Origin: Octopus vulgaris
Taxonomy: Eukaryota
NCBI GenBank assembly: GCA_951406725.2
Contig: OX597814.1
Location: 214,644,001 to 214,708,000 of the forward strand
Direction: 5' to 3'
Length of the DNA: 64,000 nucleotides
The translations under genes and the position numbers were made by a program. Shown here piece by piece: positions 12,341 to 24,795 of the stretch. The notes under the pieces were generated by a model. The model did not search any database. It worked only from the letters and a program-made list of their open reading frames with translations, and was not told the origin of the DNA. How positions within the stretch are numbered: position 1 is the stretch's first letter; every line of letters starts with the position of its first letter.

Positions 12341-12385
<45 letters not shown>
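12101..12385. repeat. Compound (TCAA)n-(CAT)n-(CGT)n-(CAT)n-(CAC)n-(CAT)n microsatellite
   Basis: Direct reading; abuts a minus-strand RTE 3' end at 12385-12465. Confidence 0.95.
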
Positions 12386-12386
<1 letters not shown>

Positions 12387-12743
12387 GTTAATGTCCATTG
12401 TCCATGCTGGCATGGGTTGGATGGTTTGATCAGAGCTGGTAAGCTGAGGGGCTGCACCAGACTCCAAGTATAAAAATAATTCCTTTTCATGACAATTGCT
12501 TTTTTTTGTGGGGGGGGAAAGGATTATAGATGTTTTTATGCGTAAGTTGATAGCCTCAACTCTTGCCCAAGGGACTACACATAAAACATGTCTGGAGAAT
12601 TTTCTTTTATTTCTCTCCAAGCAAAGATTAACAATATATTTTCATGTTCATTTAAAGTTTTATTCTGAAATGTTTAAAAACTTCAGTTTAACTACTCCTA
12701 GATTATCTTAAAAGTTTTCAAATACAGGCCATGAAGTGCTTAA

Positions 12744-12964
12744 CCCTTTAGTGTTTAAACTGGCCATATCCGGCCGAAGTTTTCTACCTACTTTATGTTC
12801 AAACTGACCAGATCAGGGCTCTCACACCTAACCTACATTGACATTCTAAAAATAAACAATCACGTCACTGAAACCTCAAAGCTATAAGATAATGCATGAT
12901 TAATTAAAAACAATTTGAGTAAAAAAAAAATTACATTTAACAGAGTATTCTGAACACTAAAGGG
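12744..12964. mobile_element. piggyBac-type MITE (family P1)
   Basis: TTAA|ccctttagtgtt...aacactaaaggg|TTAA. Confidence 0.85.
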
Positions 12965-12995
12965 TTAAACATTCATTAATATATCTGTGCGTGAA

Positions 12996-13204
12996 GATGG
13001 CGAGTTGGCAGAAACAACACACTGGGTGAAATGCTTAGCGGTATTTCATCTGTCTTCATGTTCTGAGTTCAAACTCTGCTGAGGTCGACTTTGCCTTTCA
13101 TCCTTTCGGGGTTGATAAATTAAGTATTAGTTGTGTACTGTGCTTGATCTAATCGACTGGCCCCCTCTCCCAAAATTTCGGGTCTTGTGCCTGGAGTAGA
13201 AAAG
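12996..13204 (+). mobile_element. SINE family B
   Basis: Family B core; flanked by aatatatctgtgYgtgaa duplication. Confidence 0.88.
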
Positions 13205-13223
13205 AATATATCTGTGTGTGAAT

Positions 13224-13455
13224 ATGGCGGCGAGCTAGCAGAACCGTTAGCACGCCGGGCGAAATGCTTTGCGGTATTTCGTCTGCCGTTACGTTCTGAG
13301 TTCAAATGCCACCGAGGTCGACTTTGCCTTTCATCCTTTCGGGGTCGATAATTTAAGTACCAGTTACGCACTGGGGTCAATGTAATCGACTTAATCCGTT
13401 TGTCTGTCCTTGTTTATACCCTCTGTGTTTAGCCCCTTGTGAGCAGTAAAGAAAT
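13224..13455 (+). mobile_element. SINE family B (younger subfamily)
   Basis: CpG-rich, near-identical to 3801-4030. Confidence 0.9.
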
Positions 13456-13612
13456 ATATATCTGTGTGTGAATGTGTGTGTGTGTATGTGTATGTGTGTG
13501 TGTGTGTGTGTGCATGCATGTGTGTGTAAGTGTGTGCACATGTGTGTATGTGCACCTAGACAAATTCCTCTAAGGAATACTTGATAAAGCACCTTACTTG
13601 AACACACACACA

Positions 13613-13659
<47 letters not shown>

Positions 13660-14966
13660 TCACATGCTCTTACACAAGCACACGCCCAGACACATAAAAT
13701 ACAGAAGAAGATAGAAAAAGTTTTAATATCGCCCATGAGACTCAGTAAATATATGATTGTGCATTGTGTTTGTGTGTGTGTGTGTATGTGCGTGTGTGCA
13801 TGCATGTGGGTGTGTGTGAATGTGTATGTGTGAGTGTGTGTGAGTGCGTGTGTATAGGTGCATGTAAGTGTGTGTGCGTGTGCGTGTGCGTGTGTGTGTA
13901 TGTGTGTGCGTGTGAGTGAGAGTGTGTGTGTGAGAGTGTATGTATGTGTGTGTGGGTGTGGGTGCATGTGAGTGTGTGTGTGCGTGTGGGTGTGTACATG
14001 CGTGTGTGTGTGTTTTCTTATATACGTTAGCAGTTTGGCATATTCTTCTTGTTAGCAAAATCCCGATAAAAGTGCAGTCGTGTATATTTTATTTGAATAA
14101 GTTCATAACAAAAACAAAAGTAAAAAAATAACAAGCCTGGCATTGTGCCATAGACATTTATATACATTTGTGTGTGTGTGTGTGTGTGTGTGTGTGGAAA
14201 TGCATGAATGTGTGTGTTTGTATAGTGCGCATTATATATTTATACATGTGTGAGAAATGGCATCAGAGACTAAGGTCATCTTCAGCTAAATACATATTCC
14301 CTCAAACTTCAAGCAATTTAAGAGTTTATAACCAATCACAACATAAGTAATGTCAAAATTTGGTAGAAAGCCAGGAAAAAGAATCTTTTCATGACTCAAA
14401 AGATAACAATTTGTTGTTTGTCCAGTTTCTTTTTTTTTCTTTTTTGGTATTTTAGATAACTTTTGATGATTCAAAGCTGCCTTGATGAAAAATTGCAACC
14501 ATCTTTTGTTTTTCATTTTTGTGCGCAGTATAATTTGATAAAATGTAACTGCAATAAAACAATCAGAAGTTTCATATATTTTAAATTTGATTGTATATTG
14601 ATTGATTGGCTTGAATTATTATTTAATCATTTTAGTTTATTTTCTTTTATATAGGTGCAAGCATAACTGTATGGTTAAGAAGGTCATTCTTGACCACATG
14701 GTTTTGAATACAGTTCCACTACTTGGTCAACTAAACCTGCATGAATGACTTTGGCTGAGGGAAACTAAAAGATTCTTGACCATATGGTTTTGAATACAGA
14801 TCCGCTACTAGGTATTTTAGGCAAATGTCTTAGATGATGATGATGATGATGATGGTGATGATTGAATGGAATAAAGTAGACTCCAGGTATAGTAAAAGAA
14901 GGAAATAGCAACTTCTTGGCCGCATTACTTTCTAGTTCATACTGAATATCTTTCATTCATGTATAC

Positions 14967-15001
<35 letters not shown>

Positions 15002-15274
15002 TGTATGTATGTATGTATGTATGTGTGTGTGTATATATATATATTGTGTATATATATATATATATATATATATTGTTGCATTTTGGGATGGTCATTTTTT
15101 TTTGCTAAATTAACACACACACTAAATTTTTTTTTATTCACTCGTTAATTACTCTTCTTATTTTATTACTTTAACTCATGTCCATGAGTTAAAATAATAA
15201 AATAAGAACAGTAATAAATGAGTGAAGAAAAGTGTATATAGTGTGTGTGTTTATTTGGCAAAAAAAAAATGACT

Positions 15275-15425
15275 CTGTGTGGTAAGTAGCTTGCTTATCA
15301 TCCACAAGGTTCCAGGCTCAGTCTCACCATGTGGCACCTTAGGCAAGTGTCTTCTGCTATAGCCTTGGGCTGACTAAAGCCTTGTGGGTGGATTTGGTAG
15401 ACAGAAACTGAAAGAAGCCTGTCGT
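15275..15425 (+). mobile_element. SINE family A, 5' half
   Basis: Matches the family A head up to the internal microsatellite. Confidence 0.8.
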
Positions 15426-15587
15426 ATACATACATACATACATACATACATACATACATGTGTGTGTGTGTGTATGATAACTACATTATTAGTAGTAGAA
15501 TAACCAACTCCAAAATCATTACTAGAAAAAATGTTAAATTTTTTATTTCTAATGAATACTTCAATTATAGTTAAAATCTCTTTAATA

Positions 15588-15680
<93 letters not shown>

Positions 15681-15879
15681 CATTGTGTACAGTGCTCAAG
15701 TGCACTACAACTCATCTAAAGTGTATGTATAGTACATAGGGTAATGTACAAGCGTCAGGAAAAGAACAGTGCATGAGTCATGTTTGTTTTAACTTGAGCT
15801 CCATAAGGAATAATTATAATTAGTATAAGTTAATATAAGTAAATTTATTCTATTATTATTTTTCATTATTTATTATCTT

Positions 15880-15999
15880 AAACCTGATGAGTGACTATAT
15901 TTTTAAATAGAATTAATTTTAGTTCGATTTAATTTTGAATCGAATTGATTTTATTATTATTATCTATTTTAAAATACAGTCAGGAAATGTGCGTAGTCT
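15880..15999 (+). ncRNA. Type I HHR motif with long AT-rich stem II (decayed)
   Basis: aaac CTGATGA(15884-90) g-tgact-atatttttaaataga...tctattttaaaata-c-agtca-g GAAA(15984-87) tgtgcg TA gtct. Confidence 0.7.
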
Positions 16000-16128
16000 T
16001 TTTACTACTATTTACTATTTATTGTACTTTATTGATTTAAAATAAGGTTTTTTATTTTTATAGTATGTTTTCTATATGGTGTGAATAACATCTTTCTTTA
16101 TTGAATTGTTTAATAGTGGTTTTTCTCT

Positions 16129-16184
<56 letters not shown>

Positions 16185-16223
16185 CATATACTTTATTTAA
16201 AAGCAGAAGAAATATAACAAAAG

Positions 16224-16261
16224 CTGTTACTCAGAGTTTCATGTTCCCGTTCATCGGACAG
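16224..16261 (-). ncRNA. Minimal type I HHR motif (U4C variant)
   Basis: ctgt CCGATGA acgggaacat GAAA ctctgag TA acag; same family as 52444-52672. Confidence 0.7.
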
Positions 16262-16510
16262 TTTTATATATATACATATATATATACAAAGTATGGAGGT
16301 TTAATTCACAGGTGATCTAAACAATTAGGTACGCTAGGTAAGTCCTGTAATGGATTACTAGGGTTCCAAGGTTATAGCCGAGATGGTAGTTATGGAGCCG
16401 TTGCAGATTTCTGATGCAGCGGATGTATAATTGTTAAAGAGGACAACAAACATTAAGGCAAGGCAAACACCTCAAGTCATATGCATTATTATTATTGGAA
16501 GAAATTCAAA

Positions 16511-16566
16511 GTCTTGCAACTATTTCTGGGATATTCCAGAGTATGGGATATTCCATCATCAGAGAC
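16511..16566 (-). ncRNA. Type I HHR motif (decayed cleavage triplet)
   Basis: gtct CTGATGA tggaatat...atatccca GAAA tagttg CA agac; helix I and II pair, U16.1 is C. Confidence 0.65.
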
Positions 16567-17449
16567 AAATAGGGAAAAATAGGGAAAATGAGAAGGATGC
16601 ATATTAATGAAAGGACAACATAGAAGAAGGGAGTAAAGGAGTAAGGAGATGAAGAGAGAAAAGAAAAATGAAGCATAAAAATTCATAGTTCAACTTTCCG
16701 ATGATATAGAAAGAAGGACAGGTGCAATCTTGTGTAGATCCATGTGGGTTAAAGTCCTGATATTGTAAACATCCAGAGAAAGACGATGCGAACATATCAA
16801 CGTTCAATAACAGAATGATAGCAGGGTGGGGTGGAGGTGGCTATTAAATGGTAAAAGGAAAGGAAAGTAAATAAACAGAGGGGTTAAAGATTGGCTTTAG
16901 GATAAAGTAAGGTGTATAAACATACAGTGTCAAAGAATATTGTGTACAAGGGTTGCCGAGAAGATAAGAGGGAAGGCGAGGAGGTAGAGGAAGATAGCAT
17001 AGAAAAATAAACAAAATAGAGCAAAATGAAATTAATTTAAAGGGCCGAGTAGTAGGCATCATTGGTATTCCTATAGTCTATAGGTATTAGGGAGGAAGTC
17101 TAGTAGTAAATACTTGTGTCCATTCTGGCTAAGGTCAGTGGCTGGAGAGTTATTTTTTGTTATTTTTAGCAATGGGGTTATGGGTGTGTAGGTAGTTGAG
17201 AATGAAGGAGTTAGTTGAAGGTTAAATTATTTAGGAGTGGGAGTTAGAATTAGATATTATGGGATTTATTGGGTTATGGTTTAAAAATAAAGATGAATTA
17301 AGGGATTAATATTTATCACATAAAGTGATGAGGTAAGGTAGATAGGAGAGATAAAGTAGAGAGATAGAAGCGATATAGAGGGGTATGTGTCAATGATCAT
17401 AGGGGTTTGTATGTGGGTACTATTCGGGGTGGTGGCGAACTTACATTTA

Positions 17450-17900
17450 GATTTATGAAAGAATTTAAAAGTGTTGAAGAATCTGTGCTTACATGTAGTG
17501 AAGGCTTCGTTGTGGTTATCAAGCAATTGTGGTGAGTTATGGGTTAAAATTTTGAGGGCTTCTTTTAAGCAGAGTCTACAAATGGAGTGTTGGCCCAGAT
17601 ACAGGATACTTGAGTCTATTATAGCCCAAGAAAATTTATATTATATTTTTCTATTAATTAGATGGTGTATGTGGCTGGCTAGTGATGTGGAATTGCTATT
17701 CTCTTTATATTTAAATGAATTTAAATGTGCATAATATCTTTGTTTTTAAAATTTGTGGTAGATCCAATGTGGTAGCTATAGGAGTCATTTACTATGTTGT
17801 GAATGGTGCATTTGTATATGATGTTGAATCTTCTGCAATGGCATTGCAGTGGGCAGTCTGTCCTGGATCTGAAGTTGCAGTTATCAGTTCTATGATGGTT
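17450..17900 (-). pseudogene. Penelope-like GIY-YIG endonuclease, frameshifted
   Basis: CNFRSRTDCPLQCHC..NIIYKCT...IGSTTNF / KQRYYAHLNSFK..STSLASHIH...WAII...CRLCLKEA..IL; homologous to 40676-41060. Confidence 0.82.
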
Positions 17901-17982
17901 AAATATATATATACACACACATACACTCATAGCTATATATCTATATCTCACACATATGCATGTATGTATCTATCTATATGTA

Positions 17983-19285
17983 TCATCATCATCATCATTT
18001 AATGTCCGTTGTCTATGCTGGCATGGGTTGGACAGTCTGACCGGGGCTAGCAAGCTGGGAGGCTGCACCAGACTCCAATTTGATTTGGCATAGTTTCTGC
18101 AGCCCAATGCCTTTCTTAACACCAACCACACCAAGAGTGTAATGGGTGCTTATACATGCCACCAGCATTGGTATCTGCCATGATTGCAATTTTGCTCTGC
18201 TTGATGGATCTTCTTCTCAAGCATGACATAATGCCAAACGTCTTGGTCACTGCCTCCATGAAGCCCAACATTTGAAAGGAGCTCAGTCACTTTGCTTCTG
18301 TAAGGCCCATCGCTCAAAAGGTGCATTTTATGTGCCACTGGCATGGGTGCTAGTTACATGACACTACAATTTAACTTGGCTTGAGGGTTCTTCTGAAGCA
18401 CAACATATTGCCAAAGGTCTCAGTTACTAGTGATTGCCTCTGTAAGGTCCACAGTTCAAAGATTATGCTTCAATACCTTGTCCCACATTTTCCTAGGTCT
18501 ACCTCTACCACAGGTTCCCACCATAGTCAGAGATCAGCACTTCTTTACACAGCTAAGCTCATCCATATGCATCACATAACCATACCAGTGCAGTTGTCGC
18601 TCTTGCACACCACATCTGATGCCTCTTATGCCTAACTTTTCTCTCAAGATGCTTACACTCTGTTGATCATTTACACTGACACTGCACATCCACTGAAGCA
18701 TGCTGGCTCAATTTGTTTCAAGCCTATGCAAGTCCTCTGCTGTCACAGCCCATGTTTCACTGCCATGTAGCATGACTGTCTGCACACATGTATCATACAG
18801 TCTGCCTTTCACTCTGAGGGAGTGACCCTTTGTTGCTGGTAGAGGTAGGAGCTCTCTGAACTTTGCTCAGTTTAACCTTATTCTCACAGCTATACTCTTG
18901 GAGCGTCCACCTCCACTACTAACTCAGTAACCTAGGTAATAGAAGCTATCTACTACCTCTAGCTTACCTACCTGGCAGTTGATGGAGTCTATTTTCTGTA
19001 AATTTTTGGTGTTTATTGTACCTGTGCAGCTTCCACATACAAATGCTATTTTCATTATTAACTTGCCTCTGATATTGCTGCACCTTTTATGTGTCCAAAA
19101 CTTACACTGGGTGCATCTCATGGAGTTTCTACCTACACCTTTTCTACAGATTGAGCAGGGCCATCTACCTGAAGGGATTTGTGATTTGTCTGCCTTCCTA
19201 CTTACTAAGACTTCAGTTTTTGCTAGGTTAACTCTAGGGCTCTTTGATTCTAGACCTTGCGTCCATACCTGGAACTTCTTGTCTT
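17983..19285 (-). mobile_element. RTE-clade LINE remnant (RT end, PHD-like finger, ORF C-terminus, 3' UTR)
   Basis: LRVNLAKTEVL...WPCSICRKGVGRNSMRCTQCKFWTHKRC...FVCGSC...LEVVDSFYYLG; later MLHGSETW and RLHWYG; (GAT)n tail at 17983. Confidence 0.85.
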
Positions 19286-19834
19286 TGACTCTGGGCTATA
19301 GTAAGAGGCTTACCCAATGTGTCACACACTTGGGCTGAACTCAAAACCATGTGGTTGCAAAATGTGTTTATTAACCACACAGCCATGCCTATGCTTATGT
19401 TAAAAATATTTAGAACCAATATGAAACAGAGAATGCTAATGTTCTGGAGAAAATACTTTACAGAATACCAGCTTCAATAAATGAAATTAAGAACCAATAA
19501 AGATGAACTAAAATGAGGGGGAAGAGACTAAATATCTAATTTATTATCTTTTTAACAATTGGATTTTTTATGGCAATAAATTTTACTATTCTCTATAGAT
19601 ATATACTCTCTTCCAGAACAAGAAATAATATTATCAACTTAAAATACTTTAGAATTGAAGAAATGCTAGACTTTTGATATGCATCCAAGATAGATATCCA
19701 ATGAGTAGTTTATTCCTAGCAGACATGGAGTTTCTAACTTGTGTATAAATACACGGAAGTAATTCCTGATGGAATCAGAAGCAGATGTTATGGATAAGCA
19801 GAGATAATAATCATAGAAGGTAGCCAAGTGTATG

Positions 19835-19899
<65 letters not shown>

Positions 19900-20031
19900 G
19901 TATATATATATATCTATCCATGTGTGTGTGTATATAACATGAAGAATTAATCGTTTATTCCAAGCAGTTGAAAGGAGTTATAGTGTAGACAGATAGAGAG
20001 AGAAAGAGAGAAGAGGAGAAAAAAGAGAGGA

Positions 20032-20064
<33 letters not shown>

Positions 20065-20417
20065 GGGAGAGAGAAAGAGTGCAAAGGAGGGAGTGAGAGG
20101 GGGAGCAAGTGAGTGAGAGAGAGAAATAGAAAAGGGAAGAGAAGGTGAGACGGGGGGAAGTGGGCACTTTCTATTTCAAGAAATTTGCTGGCATCGCTTT
20201 CGGCAATTCAGCCAATTCTTATTTTTTCTTAAAAATCTTTATTATTTTTCTTTTTTATACATGAAGAATTCTACACACTTGATACACCTATGCTCGTGAG
20301 TTCATATCATAACATATTTTTCTATTCACTTCTTTTCACTTAATCGTATATAAATTTCTACTCTAAAACCCATTAAGAGTATATAAATGGTCAGTTAAAG
20401 GAGTTAGAATTATTTTA

Positions 20418-20833
20418 TACTCTTTACTCTTTTACTCTTTTACTTGTTTCAGTCATTTGACTGCGGCCATGCTGGAGCACCGCCTTTAATCGAGCAACTT
20501 GACCCCGGTACTTATTCTTTTGTAAGCCCAGTACTTATTCTATCGGTCTCTTTTGCCGAACCGTTAAGTGACGGGGACGTAAACACACCAGCATCGGTTG
20601 TCAAGCAATGCTAGGGGGACAAACACACTCACACAAACACACACACGCATATATATATATACATATATACGACGGGATTCTTTCAGTTTCCGTCTACCAA
20701 ATCCACTCACAAGGCTTTGGTCGGCCTGAGGCTATAGTAGAAGACACTTGCCCAAGGTGCCACGCAGTGGGACTGAACCCGGAACCATGTGGTTGGTAAA
20801 CAAGCTACTTACCACACAGCCACTCCTGTGCCT
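20418..20833 (-). mobile_element. SINE family A
   Basis: Full-length match. Confidence 0.9.
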
Positions 20834-20859
20834 ATATTATTAATATTTTCCAGTTTCTT

Positions 20860-21282
20860 CAGCATGCCAAGCAAAATGCTAAGCAGTATTTTGTCTGTCT
20901 TTTTGTTCTGAATTAAAATTCTCTGAGGTTGACTTTGTCTTTCATCCTTTCGGTTTCGATAAAATAAGTACCAGTTGAACATTGGGGGCCAATGTAATTT
21001 ACTTATACTCTTCCCTGAAATTGCAGGCCTTGTGCCAAAATCTGAAAGCAATATTTTTCAATTTCTTGAATAATAATTGGTGAGCTGGGTGAATCGTTAG
21101 TGAGTCAGACAAAATGCTTAGTGGAATTTCTTCTACTCTGGGCTCAAATTCTGCTGAAATCGACTTTGCCTTTCATCCATTTTGGTGTTGATAAAATAAG
21201 TACCGATTAAAGACTGGAGTCAATGCAATCATCTTACCCACTCCATCAAAATTGCTTGTCTTGAGCCAAAATTTGATACCGA
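20860..21282 (+). mobile_element. Two diverged tandem SINE family B copies
   Basis: gactttgYctttcatcc...gataaaataagtacc at ~20930 and ~21160. Confidence 0.7.
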
Positions 21283-21325
21283 TATTTTTCAATTTCTTGT
21301 GGCAAGGATGGTACAGAGGCTAGAC

Positions 21326-21986
21326 CAGTGGTTCTCAACCAGGGCTCATATGACCCCTGAGGGTCCATATAAGATTTTTGGGGATCTACACAACAAAGTA
21401 GGAAATTGGGGATCTACAATAGTATTTCAAGGGGCCCTGAAAAAAATGTTGCTTTAGATGTATGTATTGGTATGTATTGTAAGAAACAGCTCAGTTTCTT
21501 TCTCTAATATTTTACAGAGTTCAATTTCCTTCTCAAGCCATGCCTGGCTCATAAGGGCCAGTTTCCCGGTTTCCTGGGTGTATAGGTTCCCCAACCTGGA
21601 CGGGACGCCGGTCCGTCGCAGGTGAGCTGCAAGATGCAGGAGGAAAGAGTGAGAGAAAGTTGTGCCAAAAGAGTCAGCAGAAGTTCACAATTACCTTCTG
21701 CCGGAGCCACACGTGGAGCTTAGGTGTTTCACTCATAAACACACACATCGCCTGGTCTGAGATTTGGGCCTGTGATCCCTTGACAGCGAGTCCGTTGCTC
21801 TAACCACTAGGCCATGTGCCTCCACTAGAGTTCAATTTACACAAGTTAATGTGTGAAAAACAAAATAGGAATTTTGAAAGATGTTCCTCTAAAACCTGTT
21901 TATAAATATTGAATGGTTAAGGGGATCCACCAGAAAAGAATAATAACCAAAGGGGTCCATTGGTAAAAAATGGTTGAGAACCCCTG
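21326..21986. mobile_element. hAT (Charlie-like) MITE interrupted by a SINE
   Basis: TIRs CAGTGGTTCTCAACC and GGTTGAGAACCCCTG; 8-bp TSD ggctagac/gactggac (6 of 8 match). Confidence 0.82.
21528..21826 (-). mobile_element. tRNA-headed SINE (body 1 + tail Z) with TSD
   Basis: TSD agagttcaattt at 21516-21527 and 21827-21838. Confidence 0.85.
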
Positions 21987-22304
21987 GACTGGACAATTGA
22001 ATCAGATACCTTATATTATCTTCTATGATATTTCCTATTTCTGATTTCAAACCCCATTGATTTCATTCTTCCAGGTCTCATGAAATAAAATGGAATTTGG
22101 TCATTGGTTATACTCATGAAAATCAAACAGAAAATCAACATTCTAAAAAAAAAAAAATTTTCTGGGTTTGTTTAGAAATCTTGGAAATTATGTTGTTATT
22201 GTTGTTTAATGGACTGAGCATCTTTTGATAGTCAGTCATACTTCTATGACAGCAAGGTGTTATTTAAGAGGGAATTCATTCTGTTACAAATTACAAGGGC
22301 TTAA

Positions 22305-22585
22305 ACAAACCAACACCGATTGTCAAACAGTGGCGAGGAACAAACACAATACAAAGACACATATATAGATATGTATATGCACAGACGCATACACACACAC
22401 AAACATGTATATACTTATAAGACAGGCTTCTTTCAGTTTCCATCCATCATATCCACTCACAAGGCTTTGGTTGGCCTGGAGCTATGGTAGAAGATACTTG
22501 CCGGAGGTACCTCAAAATGAAACTGAACCCAAAACCTCATGGTCAGGAAGCAAAATTCTTACCTACATAACACACCTGCATCTGT
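22305..22585 (-). mobile_element. SINE family A (diverged, partial)
   Basis: gacaggcttctttcagtttcc...ccactcacaaggctttgg. Confidence 0.7.
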
Positions 22586-22972
22586 AAAGTATCTCGCCAT
22601 AAAAAAAACCAAAAAACTTTAAGGTGCTTCCTCTGTATATAAAGTAATACTCCAAAGAAAAATTTGGAAAGCAATCTAGAGGTTGTTTTAGGTGTTGTTG
22701 AGTTTGTTACTGTCAAATAGTCTCTGTCAGATATTTTAAATTAGCTTATGATACAAGCATAACCAGTCACCCCTTCAAATCACTCCTTCAAACAGGATTG
22801 CAATCTTGAGTCTTTGGTGCCAATTGTGTCATAAGATATACTCCTGAAAAATGAGGCTATGTTTTAAAAATGAAAGAAATTTATCTTTTTTTTAAAGTGG
22901 TTTTGCTGCCATGTTTCATTCCCTATGAGGCTCAGACTATACAGGCTTGAGTAAAAACAAAAAAATTAAAGT

Positions 22973-23186
22973 TACCTTCTCAAGTCATGTCTACTCATAA
23001 GGGCCAGTTTCCCAATTTCATGGCATATAAATGACCTACCTAATTTTTGCCAGCTGATTGGATTGGAGCAGCGTGAAAATGAAGTGTTTTGTTCAGGAAC
23101 ACAATGTGTTGCCTAGTCCAGGAATCGAAACTACAATTTTATGATCATGAGTCCAACACCCTAACCACTAAGTCATGCACCTCCAC
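22973..23186 (-). mobile_element. tRNA-headed SINE (body 2 + tail Z)
   Basis: Head ccctaaccactaagtcatgcacctccac; tail shared with 21528; flanking atacaggYttgagta repeat. Confidence 0.75.
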
Positions 23187-24186
23187 ATACAGGTTTGAGT
23201 AGCAAGTACAACTTGTTCATATGAGTCAGATCCTGGTTGCAGGGTTGAAGTGTTTCTAATTTAACATGAATATCAAGATACAGAAATATGTAGCCAAGCA
23301 TTTTGTGTAGTGCCATTAACAATCCTCATCAAAAACAATATGACTGTGTGACAAGGCTTGGCCTTCATAAAACAGATATTTTAAGGGCACATGGTTGAGT
23401 GTTTAAGACATTTGGCATGCAAATATGAGGTTTCATTTACAATGTAATTCAAGGATTATGTAGTTCAGTTGATCAAAGAACTGGACTACCAGTTCATTAA
23501 AACTAATGAGAGTACCTCTCCTCAGTATTCTCTCTATATATATATATATATAGGTGCAGGCATTGTCATGTAGTTCTGTCTTCAGCTGCACCCTATTTTC
23601 TCTCATAGTTTTGAATCAACCAAACCTTGTGAGTGAAATTTGATACACAAAAACTGGGAAAAGAATATCATGTGTGTGCCTACACACACACACCCATCCA
23701 ACCCATGCCATCATGGAACATGGATGTTAAATAACGATGTTGATGATGATGATAAATAAATATATGAACAGAGTAACTCAGAAGTCACTTCAGCATTTGA
23801 ATGACTTATTTTTTCTATTTTCTTACAGTTTTGAATTTAATTTACTTTTTGCTATTTCATTTTGAGTATCTTTTGATGTTGTGTGTGTGTGTGTGTGTGT
23901 GTGATGATTGCCTCATCTTGTCAGATGATAGCCATTTCACATCCAGCCTGACTTCTGATTTATTTTCATTCTTGCATGTGCACAAATATGCTGCACACAC
24001 CACAACCCATCCATTGAAATAGGACTTCATAAAATACAAAGTGAATCAAGAAATGCAATGGTAATGAGACATTTGCATGTCATTAGATTTAAATGACAAA
24101 AGCCTGTACAGAATTTTTGCCACTCTCTCAGTCACCATAATGGGTTCCAGTGACAAGTATTGCAAGATAACTAGTATTATTTTGAC

Positions 24187-24715
24187 TGCAAGTTTTATGT
24201 CAGAGTATAATCCGTTTTTTTTTCCCCAAAATTTAAAGGTCAAAATCCCTCGTGCATACTATATACGAGGTTAAAAATGAAAATTATTTTCTAGGCAATG
24301 TCCGAATTTCTATTTGCTGTCCGGCAATGTTTATTCAGATGCATTTTGTGATGTGGGGCACGAAAATACCTTAAGCTAAGCCTGAAAGCAATGAAGTCAT
24401 AAAAGAATCTTCTATAACTTGCAGTAAGCAACATTTATTAAAATAAAAGTATTCAGAACACAGAATAACATGTAACAAACACAATGTGCAAACATATTTA
24501 CATTCCCATATAACAGTTAAGAACATCACCATTATTGTATTACACACGCTCGGAAGTGTTTGTTCAACTAGGTGCTGCTGGCTTAATTACGCACGACTCA
24601 AGTTAGAGAAGGAGTGTGTATTATACACAAGGTTTAGGTCTTTCAGAGGTACAGCCCCCAAAAAATCCTCTGCGTATTATATTCAAGGGCGGACTATACT
24701 CGAGGATTTACGGTA
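24187..24715. mobile_element. pogo/Tigger-like non-autonomous DNA transposon
   Basis: Right end ggcggactatactcgaggatttacggTA; degenerate left end with gagtataatccg; subterminal repeats. Confidence 0.55.
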
Positions 24716-24795
24716 TCTTTCTCCTAGAAGAGCTGCCTTCCCCTGCCTTTGTCAAAAACAACAGGATCATCTCTAGCCCTGGGAAATCCGTTCAA

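Larger units (their letters stand above)
16290..17900 (-). mobile_element. Penelope-like element 3' portion (GIY-YIG remnant, 3' region, HHR)
   Basis: Bounded by TA-rich tracts; see sub-features. Confidence 0.7.
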
